From: Sedimentibacter sp.
GTDB lineage: Bacteria > Bacillota > Clostridia > Tissierellales > Sedimentibacteraceae
Length of the DNA stretch: 64,000 nucleotides
Assembly: GCA_050173715.1 (NCBI GenBank)
Contig: JBFXKO010000020.1
Span: forward strand, 855-64,854
Reading direction: 5' to 3'
Position 1 is the first letter of the stretch. Each line of letters opens with the position of its first letter. Under the pieces are notes generated by a model. It was given only the letters and a program-made list of their open reading frames with translations. It was not told where the DNA came from and searched no databases. The translations under genes and the position numbers were made by a program. This document shows, piece by piece, positions 28,850 to 39,529 of this stretch.

Positions 28850-30091
28850 ATGAATAATAAAAACTATAGAGTGATGAAATTTTTTGAACCGGTTAATAAA
28901 CAGGTTAAATCCAGAGGATATGTGCGCCTTGATATCAGAGGAATTAAAGGAAATATAATAGTTTCTGTAGAGAATCTGGGAGATGTTAAAACAACCAGTG
29001 AGGTGTTTCTGTACAAGGATAGAGTAAACAAAATTAAATTAGGCGATATAAACAATAAGAAAGGCATGATTAAAAAACTCTTAACATTCGGAAGCAACAA
29101 TGCAATAGAAGATTACAACATTTGTGCTGTTGTTAAGGATAAGAAAATAGTCATGTTTTCAAACTTGTTTAACACCTCAAGCTTAGAACAAATTAAAAAA
29201 CTCGAGTTTGATGAAGAAACTAAGACAGATGAAGTTGCAAGGCTTGAAGAAAAAGTCGAAGAAGCCCCAGTGAAAGAAGCCCCAGTGTCTAAAAAGTTCT
29301 CAAAGGAAGCTGAAAAACCAATGCGGGAAGAGCTTGAAGCAATCAATGAAAAAAAAGATGGTAAAATTGCTGAGAAGATTGAGAAGATTGAGAAGATTGA
29401 GAAGATTGAGAAGATTGAGGAGATTGAGGAGATTGGGGAGATTGAGAAGGTTGAGAAGGAAGTAGTTACGGAAGAAAAGAAAGTTGAAGTAGAAACATTC
29501 AAGAATGAACCAAAAGACATAATCTCTCATGAAAACTTAAATATGAAAAGAACATCTGTAGATTCTGCTGTAGATATCCATGGAGAGGCAAAAGAGCAAG
29601 AAGTTGAGGCAGAAGAAGCGCAAGCTCAATCACATAAATTCAGAAATAGATTTGATGAAAATCTTTACCATGTTTTGAAGGATTATAAACAGGTCGAACC
29701 ATTGTCAGTAAAAATCAAAAATTTTGACTGGTGGTACATTCCATATGATGAAACAGGAATAAAAAACGGATTCTTGCCATATTACAGCCAAATAATAAGC
29801 TCGTACTACCCTTACCCAATGTCTAACCGTGTTACAACCTGTGCAAGTCTCATGAAAAAATACAGACATTATATTTTTGGTGTTTATAAAGAAAAAGGAG
29901 ATATTGTTAAATTTGTGTATGGTGTTCCTGGAGAATTTACCAAGGAAGAACAGCCATACAAGGGAGTTACAGGATTTAAAAACTGGTCCTACAGCAACAA
30001 GGAAAAAGGTGACGAACACGGATATTGGCTGGCATTTGTAAATCCTAAAACCGGCGAAACCACAGAACCACCGCAAATAGTATTATCATAA
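28850..30091 (+). CDS. Conserved clostridial hypothetical protein with a low-complexity acidic linker
   Basis: GGAGGG RBS; globular-looking N- and C-terminal parts (HYIFG...YGVPG) separated by an E/K-rich linker. Confidence 0.75.
   Translation: MNNKNYRVMKFFEPVNKQVKSRGYVRLDIRGIKGNIIVSVENLGDVKTTSEVFLYKDRVNKIKLGDINNKKGMIKKLLTFGSNNAIEDYNICAVVKDKKIVMFSNLFNTSSLEQIKKLEFDEETKTDEVARLEEKVEEAPVKEAPVSKKFSKEAEKPMREELEAINEKKDGKIAEKIEKIEKIEKIEKIEEIEEIGEIEKVEKEVVTEEKKVEVETFKNEPKDIISHENLNMKRTSVDSAVDIHGEAKEQEVEAEEAQAQSHKFRNRFDENLYHVLKDYKQVEPLSVKIKNFDWWYIPYDETGIKNGFLPYYSQIISSYYPYPMSNRVTTCASLMKKYRHYIFGVYKEKGDIVKFVYGVPGEFTKEEQPYKGVTGFKNWSYSNKEKGDEHGYWLAFVNPKTGETTEPPQIVLS
29372..29458 (+). repeat. Intragenic 9-bp tandem repeat (GAGAAGATT, about 9-10 copies)
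   Basis: Five perfect copies then degenerate ones; encodes EKI/EEI. Confidence 0.92.
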
Positions 30092-30163
30092 ATAATTCTG
30101 TACAAAAATTTAAAAATTTGTTATAATGTACAAGAACATTTTATAAAGGAGTTAAGAAAACAA

Positions 30164-30757
30164 ATGCCGCCTATAAGTACCAACATGCACTTTGGTAAAT
30201 TATTTATAGAAAATTCGAAAAGAAAAATCCACATACCAAGCTTTATTTTAGGGATAATATCACCTGAAACAATAAACGAAGAAGATTTTGAGGATTTTCA
30301 CACTCAGGATGAAGATGGTAACATTGATGTTCGTGATTTTTATGAGCAATTTGATTTTAATAATCTTAATTTAATTCAACAATCATTTATATTGGGTTAT
30401 TACAGTCATTTGTGGTTTGATGAATACTATAAGTTTAATGCTAGCAAGCTTACGATACATAACAATGTAGATTTGACAGACGAAGAGCTTGGAACTGCGG
30501 TTAAATCATTATTGAAGCATTATGATAACAAGGCTATAAATAACTTCTTTGAAAAATATATTAAAGATATTGAACAATTCAATACAGAACTTAATTTGAA
30601 GGAAATCGAGGGTATTTGCATCAACAAATCTAAAGACAAAATACGAGAGTTTTTGAAGGAGACTGTTCCGAATGTCACTTATCCTCAGCTTATAGAAGAA
30701 CAAGAATATATGGGTTTTATAAAAAACGGCTGTAGCAAAATAATGAAATCATTATAA
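30164..30757 (+). CDS. Hypothetical protein, zinc-dependent phospholipase C / HD-like
   Basis: FILGIISPE and LGYYSHLWFDEY motifs. Confidence 0.55.
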   Translation: MPPISTNMHFGKLFIENSKRKIHIPSFILGIISPETINEEDFEDFHTQDEDGNIDVRDFYEQFDFNNLNLIQQSFILGYYSHLWFDEYYKFNASKLTIHNNVDLTDEELGTAVKSLLKHYDNKAINNFFEKYIKDIEQFNTELNLKEIEGICINKSKDKIREFLKETVPNVTYPQLIEEQEYMGFIKNGCSKIMKSL

Positions 30758-30876
30758 AACAAAAACTCCTTTTAAAGGAGTTTTTTTAAAAGTTAAAATT
30801 GACTGTACATTTAAAATATAATATAGTTGTAACATATAAGCAGTATGCTATTATTGATAAATAGTAAGGATGGATT

Positions 30877-31506
30877 ATGGTGAAATATAAATATGTCTTT
30901 TTTGATTTTGATGGAACATTGGCAGACACTGAAGAAGTGAATTTTGTTATATATCAAAAGTTAGCTGAAAAATATAATTTAAGAAACATAACCATTGATG
31001 AATTAGGACATCTCAAGAAAATGAGTGCAAGAGAATTAATGGCGTATGTTGAACTTAAAAAAAGGTATTTGCCGTTTATCCTTAAAAGGGGCAAAAATCT
31101 TTTAAAGCACGATATAAAAAATATTAAACCTTGCAAATCAGATATGTTCAGCACAGTTCAGCAGCTTAAATGTATGGGAATACAAACTGCAATTATTACA
31201 ACAAATTCAAAAATAAACGTTCAAATATTTTTAGAAGAAAATAATGCTGACATTTTTGATTTTGTTGCAAGTTCTTCCATGTTTGGCAAGGAAACAAAAA
31301 TGAAAAAGATCATAAGAAAAGAAAAACTTGCATTAGATGAAGTGCTTTATGTGGGCGATGAAATACGCGATATTCATGCTGCCAAGAATACAGGTATCCA
31401 CATTGCATCAGTTGCATGGGGATATAATACTGTTGAAAGCCTAAAAAAACACAAGCCGGAATATATCATATATGAACCGCCCGAGTTAATAGATATATGC
31501 AAATAG
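30877..31506 (+). CDS. HAD-family hydrolase (phosphoglycolate phosphatase-like)
   Basis: FDFDGTLADT motif I and YVGDEIRD motif IV. Confidence 0.9.
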   Translation: MVKYKYVFFDFDGTLADTEEVNFVIYQKLAEKYNLRNITIDELGHLKKMSARELMAYVELKKRYLPFILKRGKNLLKHDIKNIKPCKSDMFSTVQQLKCMGIQTAIITTNSKINVQIFLEENNADIFDFVASSSMFGKETKMKKIIRKEKLALDEVLYVGDEIRDIHAAKNTGIHIASVAWGYNTVESLKKHKPEYIIYEPPELIDICK

Positions 31507-31631
31507 AAAAGACGAACAATTATATAAAATATTTTAGAATAATTTGCTTATAATGCATACATTTTTATTGCATTTTAATTCTTCGTGTGCTAAAATACGA
31601 TATAAAAATTAATGCGGAGGAAACTGAGGTT

Positions 31632-33521
31632 ATGATTTACACAATTAAGCCCGAATATCATGGGATTACAGAATTGACAAGAATACTTGAGGAACATCCT
31701 GAAATTCAATTTGTATCATTCATGGGTGTTGATATAGGCGGTAACGGAACTGATGAAAAGATACCTGTAAAGTTATTTTTAAAAGATATGAAAGACATGC
31801 TTCAGTTTGGCATACAAACAGACGGATCAAGCGTTGAGCTTCAGGGAATTGCAGACTTAAACAATGCCAGAGTTGATATATTGCCAGACATGGACTGCAC
31901 TTGGTTTGTGGATTACAATTACGAATATTACAACGATGAAAACGGGCTTCCTGTTGGGACACTAAAAATTCCTTCTTTTATTATTCACAGTAACAAGCAG
32001 GTTTGCTCTAGATCAATTCTTAAAAGAGCTACAACTAATTTTAAAACTCAAATTTTAGAAATTCTGAAGAATTATCCTAACATACCTGAAAGTTATGGAT
32101 TTAAATTTGAAGATGTGGAAGAAGTTATATTAACATCAGCTACTGAGCTTGAAATGTGGGTTAAAACTCCTGAACAAAGCGCTGACTTTGAAGAGCTTCA
32201 CACATCTCAGGTTTTAAAGGAACAATATTGGAAGCGAACAATGGGAACTGTCAGAACTGTTCTTGAAAAAATAATGGATCAACTCGAATGCTATGATTTA
32301 AAGCCTGAGATGGCACATAAGGAAGTTGGCGGAATTGCTAACAAAATAGATGATAAGGGCAGAATCACTCATGTAATGGAACAGCTTGAAATAGATTGGA
32401 GATTTTCTGAATCTCTTCAAACAGCAGACAACGAAATGTTTGTAAGAGAATTAATTGAAGATCAATTTAGACATCATGGACTTGAAGTTTTGTTCAAAGC
32501 AAAACCTATAGAGGGGGTAGCCGGAAACGGAGAACATACCCACTTAGGAGTTGCTTTAAAGCTAAAAAACAGCAAGAGAGTTAACCTTTTTTCTCCAAAG
32601 GATATAAAAAAGGATTATTTAAGCGTAATAGGTTACGGAGCTCTCATGGGCTTATTGAAGAATTACGAGGTTATCAATCCCATAGTTACTGCTACAAATG
32701 ATGCCTTCAACAGATTGAAACCTGGATTTGAAGCTCCTGTATGTATTGTTACCTCATTGGGAGGCACCAAGGAAGCACCTTCAAGAAACCGTTCAGTGCT
32801 TGTTGGAGTAATCAGAGATATAAATAATCCAAATGCCATAAGATTTGAATTGAGATCACCAAATCCATATTCAAACACATACTTGGTAATTGCATCTTCA
32901 TATCAGGCAATGCTTGACGGAATAAAAAATGTTACTGAAGCAGGTTTAAACTGTGAAGAACTGGAAAAGGAAATATCTAAAAAATATGGTGATGACGCTA
33001 TATATCTTGAAAAATACAGAGAATACAGAAGTGAAGAAGATGTATTTGAAAAATACAGCGAAGAAGAAAGAAGCAAGCTGTATGGAACCGCTCCTGCTAC
33101 AGTCTGGGAAAATTTAAGCAGCTTTACATCCAATAGAATGAAGCAACAAGTTTTGAAATTAGGTGATGTTTTTACAGATGAACTTGTGAATTCCTTTATG
33201 GAATCAACATTGCAGAAATGGAAAAATGAGCTAAAGGGTAGAATTATTCATGACAACATAATGCTATTAAAAACTTTTGTAAAACTTCACGACGAAAAGG
33301 ATCATGCAACGGATTTGGATGTTGTAAACTGGGAAAGAATAGTGTACTTGAAAACAAAACTCATGAAGGATAGCATGACTAAAAAATGTATATTTACAAA
33401 AATTAAGACTGCATTAAACGAAAAGGATTATGATACAGCATCTGATCTGCAAAGGCAAATGAATGAAAAGATGACTGAAATCAGAGGTTTGTATATAGAG
33501 TATAAAAACAACATATTTTAG
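31632..33521 (+). CDS. glnA: Glutamine synthetase (long clostridial type)
   Basis: TDGSS, HKEV, GNGEHTH, NRSVL, RFELRSPNPYSN motifs; ATG 31632. Confidence 0.9.
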   Translation: MIYTIKPEYHGITELTRILEEHPEIQFVSFMGVDIGGNGTDEKIPVKLFLKDMKDMLQFGIQTDGSSVELQGIADLNNARVDILPDMDCTWFVDYNYEYYNDENGLPVGTLKIPSFIIHSNKQVCSRSILKRATTNFKTQILEILKNYPNIPESYGFKFEDVEEVILTSATELEMWVKTPEQSADFEELHTSQVLKEQYWKRTMGTVRTVLEKIMDQLECYDLKPEMAHKEVGGIANKIDDKGRITHVMEQLEIDWRFSESLQTADNEMFVRELIEDQFRHHGLEVLFKAKPIEGVAGNGEHTHLGVALKLKNSKRVNLFSPKDIKKDYLSVIGYGALMGLLKNYEVINPIVTATNDAFNRLKPGFEAPVCIVTSLGGTKEAPSRNRSVLVGVIRDINNPNAIRFELRSPNPYSNTYLVIASSYQAMLDGIKNVTEAGLNCEELEKEISKKYGDDAIYLEKYREYRSEEDVFEKYSEEERSKLYGTAPATVWENLSSFTSNRMKQQVLKLGDVFTDELVNSFMESTLQKWKNELKGRIIHDNIMLLKTFVKLHDEKDHATDLDVVNWERIVYLKTKLMKDSMTKKCIFTKIKTALNEKDYDTASDLQRQMNEKMTEIRGLYIEYKNNIF

Positions 33522-33631
33522 CAAACTTCAATATATTGAATAAAGTTCAAAATCAGAGCGAAGCTCTGATTTTATTTTGTAATAATTTGTAATATTAAAT
33601 TGCAAGGTTATAAATTAAATGAATTTTAATT

Positions 33632-33647
33632 AATTTGTTAACAAATT
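33632..33647. promoter_or_regulatory. Perfect 16-bp palindrome upstream of the nhaC promoter (putative operator)
   Basis: AATTTGTTAACAAATT just upstream of TTTACA-N17-TAAAAT. Confidence 0.5.
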
Positions 33648-33864
33648 GCTATTTACAAATACAACTTAATATGCTAAAATTATTACGTAAAAACGTATTC
33701 ATGGACTTTGGGCGAGCATGTGAAACGCTTATGTAAAAAGCGTGTTGATAGCAATGTAAGGACTATTAATGGGTTTAATATGGGTTAAAAGAATTATATG
33801 GGTTATTATTTATTTAATCCTTATAATCATATTGGCACGCATACAAATTTTATGGAGGATAATT

Positions 33865-35358
33865 ATGAGTAAAGTTCCAAAACAAAAAAAGGAAGCAACC
33901 TTAGGAATTTCGATCATCCCTGTAGCAGTAACAGTTGCAATGTTAGCTCTTGCTATATTGGTTTATGGCGGTGATGTTCATATTCCAATTTTAATTGGTG
34001 CTATTGTTGGCGCAGCAATTGCAATATTTGTATTAGGTTACACTTGGCAGGAAATAGAAGAAGGAATAGTAGATTCTATCGGTAGCACTATGCAGGCTAT
34101 TTTAATACTTGCAATCATTGGTATTTTAATAGGTGTTTGGATTTCAGGCGGTATTGTACCAACATTAATTTATTATGGTTTGCAGATTATGTCGCCAACA
34201 TTTTTCTTGGCCGCATCCTTAATTCTTTGCAGTATAGTTTCTTTAGCAACAGGAAGTTCTTGGACAACAGCAGGAACAGTTGGTATAGCACTTATAGGAA
34301 TTGCTCAGGGTTTAGGAGTATCTATGCCTTTAGCAGCTGGTGCAATAATTTCCGGTGCATACTTTGGAGATAAAATTTCACCGTTATCTGACACTACAAA
34401 CTTAGCACCGGCTATGGCTGGAGCATCATTGTTTGATCATATTAAGCACATGCTTTATACAACTTCTGTATCATACGGTATAACACTTGTTCTATTTTTA
34501 ATATTAGGATTACAATACAGAGGAATGGAACTTGATACTTCTGAAATCAATGCTATTCTTGAAGCAATATCAAGTATATACATTATTAATCCATTGTTCT
34601 TATTAGTTCCTGTTATAGTAATTGTAATGGTTGCTATGAAAATTCCTGCAATACCTGGCTTAATAGTTGGTTGCTTGTTAGGAGCACTTTGTACAATATT
34701 CCAAGGCGGAGATTTTGGCTACATCATAGATGTTGCTAACTATGGAACAGTTGCTGAAACTGGCCATGTTGTTGTTGATGAATTGTTAACAAGAGGCGGA
34801 TTACAAAGTATGATGTGGACAATTTCTTTGATTATGAGTGCATTAACATTTGGTGGAGTTCTTGAAAAAACAGGAATGATGGCAGCTATAGCAAATAGAT
34901 TGTTAGTATTTGCAAAGAATACTGGTTCATTAATACTTGTAACTGCACTAACTTGTCTTTTCGTAAACATTCTATGCGGAGACCAATACCTTGCATTAGC
35001 ACTTCCTGGTAAAATGTACAAAAATACATTTGCTGAAAGAGGCTTGGCACCTAGAAACTTATCTCGTATTCTTGAAGACTCAGGTACAGTTACTTCTGCA
35101 TTGGTACCATGGAATACTTGTGGTGCAACAATGTCAACATTCCTTGGAGTTCCAACATTAACATATATACCATATGCATTTTTTAACTTATTAAGTCCAA
35201 TTGTTTCAGTTACATTTGCCTATTTGGGAATCTCTATAATGACACTGGAAGAAGATCCTGCATCTGAACAATATGTGAAACCTATGAAATTGAAGAAATC
35301 ACCAAAGGAATTGGAAGAATTTATAGTTAATTATCAAAAAAAACACGTTAACGCATAA
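33865..35358 (+). CDS. nhaC: NhaC-family Na+/H+ antiporter / amino-acid or organic-acid transporter
   Basis: TGSSWTT, GAYFGDKISPLSDTTNLA, LEDSGT, PWNTCG motifs; ATG 33865 after GGAGG. Confidence 0.9.
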   Translation: MSKVPKQKKEATLGISIIPVAVTVAMLALAILVYGGDVHIPILIGAIVGAAIAIFVLGYTWQEIEEGIVDSIGSTMQAILILAIIGILIGVWISGGIVPTLIYYGLQIMSPTFFLAASLILCSIVSLATGSSWTTAGTVGIALIGIAQGLGVSMPLAAGAIISGAYFGDKISPLSDTTNLAPAMAGASLFDHIKHMLYTTSVSYGITLVLFLILGLQYRGMELDTSEINAILEAISSIYIINPLFLLVPVIVIVMVAMKIPAIPGLIVGCLLGALCTIFQGGDFGYIIDVANYGTVAETGHVVVDELLTRGGLQSMMWTISLIMSALTFGGVLEKTGMMAAIANRLLVFAKNTGSLILVTALTCLFVNILCGDQYLALALPGKMYKNTFAERGLAPRNLSRILEDSGTVTSALVPWNTCGATMSTFLGVPTLTYIPYAFFNLLSPIVSVTFAYLGISIMTLEEDPASEQYVKPMKLKKSPKELEEFIVNYQKKHVNA

Positions 35359-35511
35359 ATATTTTTTAATATAAAATAACCTTGTAGTGAAACTACGAGG
35401 TTATTTTTCTCATATGGATATTTTTTATATTGGTTCTATTTGACAATATGTTTATTTCATTATATTATATTAGTAATAAAAATTCATGCAAAGTGGTAAG
35501 CAGGGGTGGGT

Positions 35512-37608
35512 ATGGATTTTCAAATTAGGTATGCAGATGAATTAAATAAACTTAAAGAAAATGAAAATAACATAGAATTTTTCCGTGGGTTAGCTTTTAA
35601 TAAAAATAATCCGGAAATTAGGAAAGAAATAATAGAGACTCTTTTAAATTTTTCAAAAGAAAATAATCTAAATAATGTAAAAGCATGGGCTTATTATTAT
35701 TTAGGATGGTTGAATTTTGACAAATCACATTATGACAAGGCAGCTGAAAGTTTTTTAATTTCAAATGACATTTTTGATTTAACGAAAAATAGTACAGGAT
35801 TAATATATGCATGCAACGGGTTAACAAATGTTTATTGTCAAATAGGACAATTTCAGCTTGCTAATGAATGGGGGCTTAAAGGAATTTCCTTGTGCGAAGA
35901 AACAAACAATGAGGAAGCCCTTGTTATTCTTCTTATAAACACCGGCATAAATTATATTCAAATGAAATATTTCAGCAAGGGAAGGGAAATATTCCACAGC
36001 CTTGAAATATTGGATTGTGAGCTCACTAAGTCGCAACAGATTTCTTGCTTCTTAGCTTTGGCGGAAATTGAAATAAATATTGGAGAGCCTAATTTAGCGT
36101 TATCATATGTTGACAATGCCTTGAAAATAGAAGAAGAGCTTGAAATTACTGCAGACATATGCGAAATATACAAATTAAGAGGTATGGCATATGTAAAAAT
36201 GAGATTATATGATCTTGCAGAACAAGCTTTAAAAAATTCATATAATTTTTCTGTTAAGTATGACTTTATATATGAAAAATGCTGCTCAATGGTAGAATGG
36301 GCTAAGTTACATATTTTAATTGGAAGGAAACAAGAAGCAATTAATATGCTTAATGAAGTAATAGAAATTTGCTCCTCCAAAGAATTAAATATTTTACTGC
36401 GAGAATCATATCATATTCTTTATGCTATATACAAGGGTATGAACATGCCGGACAACGCTCTGAAATTTTTAGAAAAATATATTTTAATTGATGATGAAAT
36501 GTATGATTATGAACAAAATCAACTAATGGCTAAAATGAACTTCAAGCATACAAAGAGAGAGGCAGACCAATACAAATCCCTTTATGATAAAACTGAGTTG
36601 TTATCTACAATAGGTCAAAAAATCATATCAAACCTAAATATTACCTCAATCATATCCATAATAGATGAAGAAATAAATAAGCTTATTGAAGCTGATTATT
36701 TTGGAATAGCAGTATATGAACATGAAAAAGACCAAGCTACGTATTATTTTAAGGGAGAGAATCTTGAGTTGAAGGAGGTTGTTAAATTTAATGAAAATGA
36801 TAATAACACCTTTGGAGCTTACTGCATAAAAAATAAAAAAGATATTATAATAGGAAACTCAGATAAGGAATACAAAAAATATATAGACCATGAACCTATT
36901 GAATTTGATGCAGCACAGGGAAAGGGCAAGTCATATATGAATTCATTAATATATACACCAATGATAATTAATGATAAGGTAGTAGGGTTAATGACAGTAC
37001 AGAGTAATGAAGAAGATGCCTATAATCAAAATGATCTTCACACACTTAAAATATTGGCAAATTATTCTGCAATAGCTATTGAGAATGCTATTTCATATCA
37101 GAAGATAGAGAATCTTGCAACATACGACAATTTGACAAGATTTTTAAATAAATTTGAAATTTTAAGGCTTGGAGAATTTATATGTGATAAATATAAAGCA
37201 AATAACTCATGCTTTAGTGTCACAATGATAGATATTGACAATTTTAAGGAGGTCAATGATACCTATGGACACATTTTGGGAGATAAAGCCCTGAGTATGA
37301 TAGCTGAAACTATTTCAAGATGCATAAGAAACACAGATTATATAGGAAGGTACGGAGGAGATGAATTTCTTCTTATCTGTCCTGGATTAAGCTGGTCTGA
37401 AGCTGTTGATGTTGCAGAAAGAATAAGATCAACTGTTGAAAAGAAAATATATGAGTTAGGTGATGGAAAAAGGGTATCTGTTACTATCAGTCTTGGGGTT
37501 CATGAATACAGTTCTAAAGACATGTCTTTTATTGATGCAGTTAAGGCAGCTGACAAGAATTTATATAGCGCTAAGGGAAAAAATAGAAATATAGTAATTT
37601 GTGGTTAG
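35512..37608 (+). CDS. TPR-GAF-GGDEF diguanylate cyclase
   Basis: N-terminal TPR-like helices, GAF domain, DIDNFKEVNDTYGH and RYGGDEF motifs. Confidence 0.92.
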   Translation: MDFQIRYADELNKLKENENNIEFFRGLAFNKNNPEIRKEIIETLLNFSKENNLNNVKAWAYYYLGWLNFDKSHYDKAAESFLISNDIFDLTKNSTGLIYACNGLTNVYCQIGQFQLANEWGLKGISLCEETNNEEALVILLINTGINYIQMKYFSKGREIFHSLEILDCELTKSQQISCFLALAEIEINIGEPNLALSYVDNALKIEEELEITADICEIYKLRGMAYVKMRLYDLAEQALKNSYNFSVKYDFIYEKCCSMVEWAKLHILIGRKQEAINMLNEVIEICSSKELNILLRESYHILYAIYKGMNMPDNALKFLEKYILIDDEMYDYEQNQLMAKMNFKHTKREADQYKSLYDKTELLSTIGQKIISNLNITSIISIIDEEINKLIEADYFGIAVYEHEKDQATYYFKGENLELKEVVKFNENDNNTFGAYCIKNKKDIIIGNSDKEYKKYIDHEPIEFDAAQGKGKSYMNSLIYTPMIINDKVVGLMTVQSNEEDAYNQNDLHTLKILANYSAIAIENAISYQKIENLATYDNLTRFLNKFEILRLGEFICDKYKANNSCFSVTMIDIDNFKEVNDTYGHILGDKALSMIAETISRCIRNTDYIGRYGGDEFLLICPGLSWSEAVDVAERIRSTVEKKIYELGDGKRVSVTISLGVHEYSSKDMSFIDAVKAADKNLYSAKGKNRNIVICG

Positions 37609-37667
37609 TTTAATAAATTTAATAAGTTTAATAAATTTAAAAAATATGTAAAATATAATTAAAATAC

Positions 37668-37707
37668 TTTACATATTTTTTACATTTTACCGATAAATTT
37701 TTTACAT
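37668..37707 (+). promoter_or_regulatory. Pho boxes upstream of pstS
   Basis: TTTACAT at 37668, 37679 and 37701 (11-bp register, degenerate unit at 37690). Confidence 0.8.
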
Positions 37708-37763
37708 ACGGGGTATATATTTAGGACAAAGATTAAAATTGAAATTAAAGGAGAAAAACTCGA

Positions 37764-38639
37764 ATGAAAAATAGGAAATTTCTATCCTTAATTGCATTAG
37801 CTATGGTGATTACTTTAGCTTTTACGGGTTGTGCTAACGGGAAAACATCAGAATTTGATTCTGAAAATGATATTACAGTAGTAGCCAGAGATGCAGCTTC
37901 AGGAACAAGAGGAGCTTTTCATGAGATAATGGGAATTATTCAAAAGCAAGGTGATACACAGGTTGATAATCTTGTGGAGGGCGCTCTTGAGTTTGACGGC
38001 ACAGATAAGGTTATAACAACTGTTGAAGGAGACAAATATGGTATTGGATACATTTCATTAGGTTCAGTGAGCGACAGGACCAAATTGGCTAAAGTTGATG
38101 GTGTTGAGGCAACTATTGATAATGTAAAGAGCGGAAAATATACTGTAGCAAGACCTTTCCTTTTAGTGACTAAAGGAGAAGAAAGCGAATTGGTAAAAGA
38201 TTTCTTAAGCTTTGCAGAATCTAAACAAGGACAGGAAATAACTGCAAGAATGAAATATATTGGAGCAGCAGAAGAACCAAAGGATTACACTGCTAAAGGA
38301 ATTTCCGGAACTATTAAGGTAGCAGGCTCTACATCTGTAACACCTTTGATGGAAAAAATACAAGAAGCATATAAAGAGCTAAACCCTGAAGTTACATTTG
38401 AAATGCAGTCAAATGGTTCATCTCAAGGAATTAAGGCAGCTATTGACGGTTCATATGACATAGGGATGTCTTCAAGAGAATTAAAGGAAGAAGAAGCTGG
38501 AGAATTAAACAGATATATACTTGCAATAGATGGCATTGCAGTAATTATAAACAATGAAAATCCAACAGACAGCTTAACATCACAACAGATTACAAGCATT
38601 TACACTGGTGAAATCACTCAGTGGTCTGAAATTAAATAA
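37764..38639 (+). CDS. pstS: Phosphate-binding lipoprotein PstS
   Basis: Lipobox FTGC, RDAASGTRGAF, AGSTSV, GSSQG motifs. Confidence 0.93.
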   Translation: MKNRKFLSLIALAMVITLAFTGCANGKTSEFDSENDITVVARDAASGTRGAFHEIMGIIQKQGDTQVDNLVEGALEFDGTDKVITTVEGDKYGIGYISLGSVSDRTKLAKVDGVEATIDNVKSGKYTVARPFLLVTKGEESELVKDFLSFAESKQGQEITARMKYIGAAEEPKDYTAKGISGTIKVAGSTSVTPLMEKIQEAYKELNPEVTFEMQSNGSSQGIKAAIDGSYDIGMSSRELKEEEAGELNRYILAIDGIAVIINNENPTDSLTSQQITSIYTGEITQWSEIK

Positions 38640-39520
38640 TGGAAAATACAAGGATATCTCACTTTAATGAGAAGCTAATGCAGGCAATATTCTTTCTTTC
38701 TGCATTAGTTTCAGTTATAGCTGTTATTGCCATTTGCCTCTTCCTTCTTTTAAGAGGTTTACCAGCTATAAGCGAAATAGGGTTTATGGAATTTATTTTT
38801 AATGAAAAATGGAAGCCAACAAATACTCCGCCATCCTATGGAATTTTGTCCATGATAGTAGGAAGCTTTTATGTTACAGGAGGAGCTATTGTGATAGGAG
38901 TTCCAATAGGTCTAATGTGCGCAATTTTCCTTGCTGAATTTTGCCCTCCGGCAATTTATAAAATTGTTAAACCTGCAGTTAATCTGCTTGCTGGAATTCC
39001 ATCAATTATTTATGGCTTTTTCGGTATGGAAATAGTTGTTCCATATGTCAGAGAATATTTAGGAGGTAACGGATTCAGCATAATGTCAGCTTCCATAATA
39101 TTAGGAATAATGATATTGCCCACAATAATATCTATAAGCGAATCATCAATACGTGCAGTTCCTAATAGCTACAAGGAAGGCTCATATGGAATTGGAGCCA
39201 CAAAGGAAGAGACAGTTTTCAAGGTAGTAGTTCCTGCTGCTAAATCAGGCGTCTTAACCTCCATAATTCTGGGAATAGGAAGAGCTGTGGGAGAAACAAT
39301 GGCTGTTGTAATGGTTGCAGGTAATTCAGTAATGCCTTTGGATAAAATAAAATTATTGAAGCCTATTAGGACTCTTACCACAAACATAGTAACAGAAATG
39401 AGCTATGCTTCAGGACTTCATGAAGCTTCACTCATTTCAACAGGAGTCGTGCTCTTTGTATTCATAATAATATTAAATGCTGCTTTAAGCTTGATTAAGG
39501 CAAATTCAGTAAGAAACTAG
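38639..39520 (+). CDS. pstC: Phosphate ABC permease PstC
   Basis: LAGIPSIIYG and GRAVGETMAV motifs. Confidence 0.95.
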   Translation: MENTRISHFNEKLMQAIFFLSALVSVIAVIAICLFLLLRGLPAISEIGFMEFIFNEKWKPTNTPPSYGILSMIVGSFYVTGGAIVIGVPIGLMCAIFLAEFCPPAIYKIVKPAVNLLAGIPSIIYGFFGMEIVVPYVREYLGGNGFSIMSASIILGIMILPTIISISESSIRAVPNSYKEGSYGIGATKEETVFKVVVPAAKSGVLTSIILGIGRAVGETMAVVMVAGNSVMPLDKIKLLKPIRTLTTNIVTEMSYASGLHEASLISTGVVLFVFIIILNAALSLIKANSVRN

Positions 39521-39529
39521 GAGGCAGAA

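Noticed and set aside
35400-35512. c-di-GMP or other riboswitch near the diguanylate cyclase, purA or asd
   Set aside because: No recognisable consensus (GEMM, purine, lysine) in these AT-rich leaders
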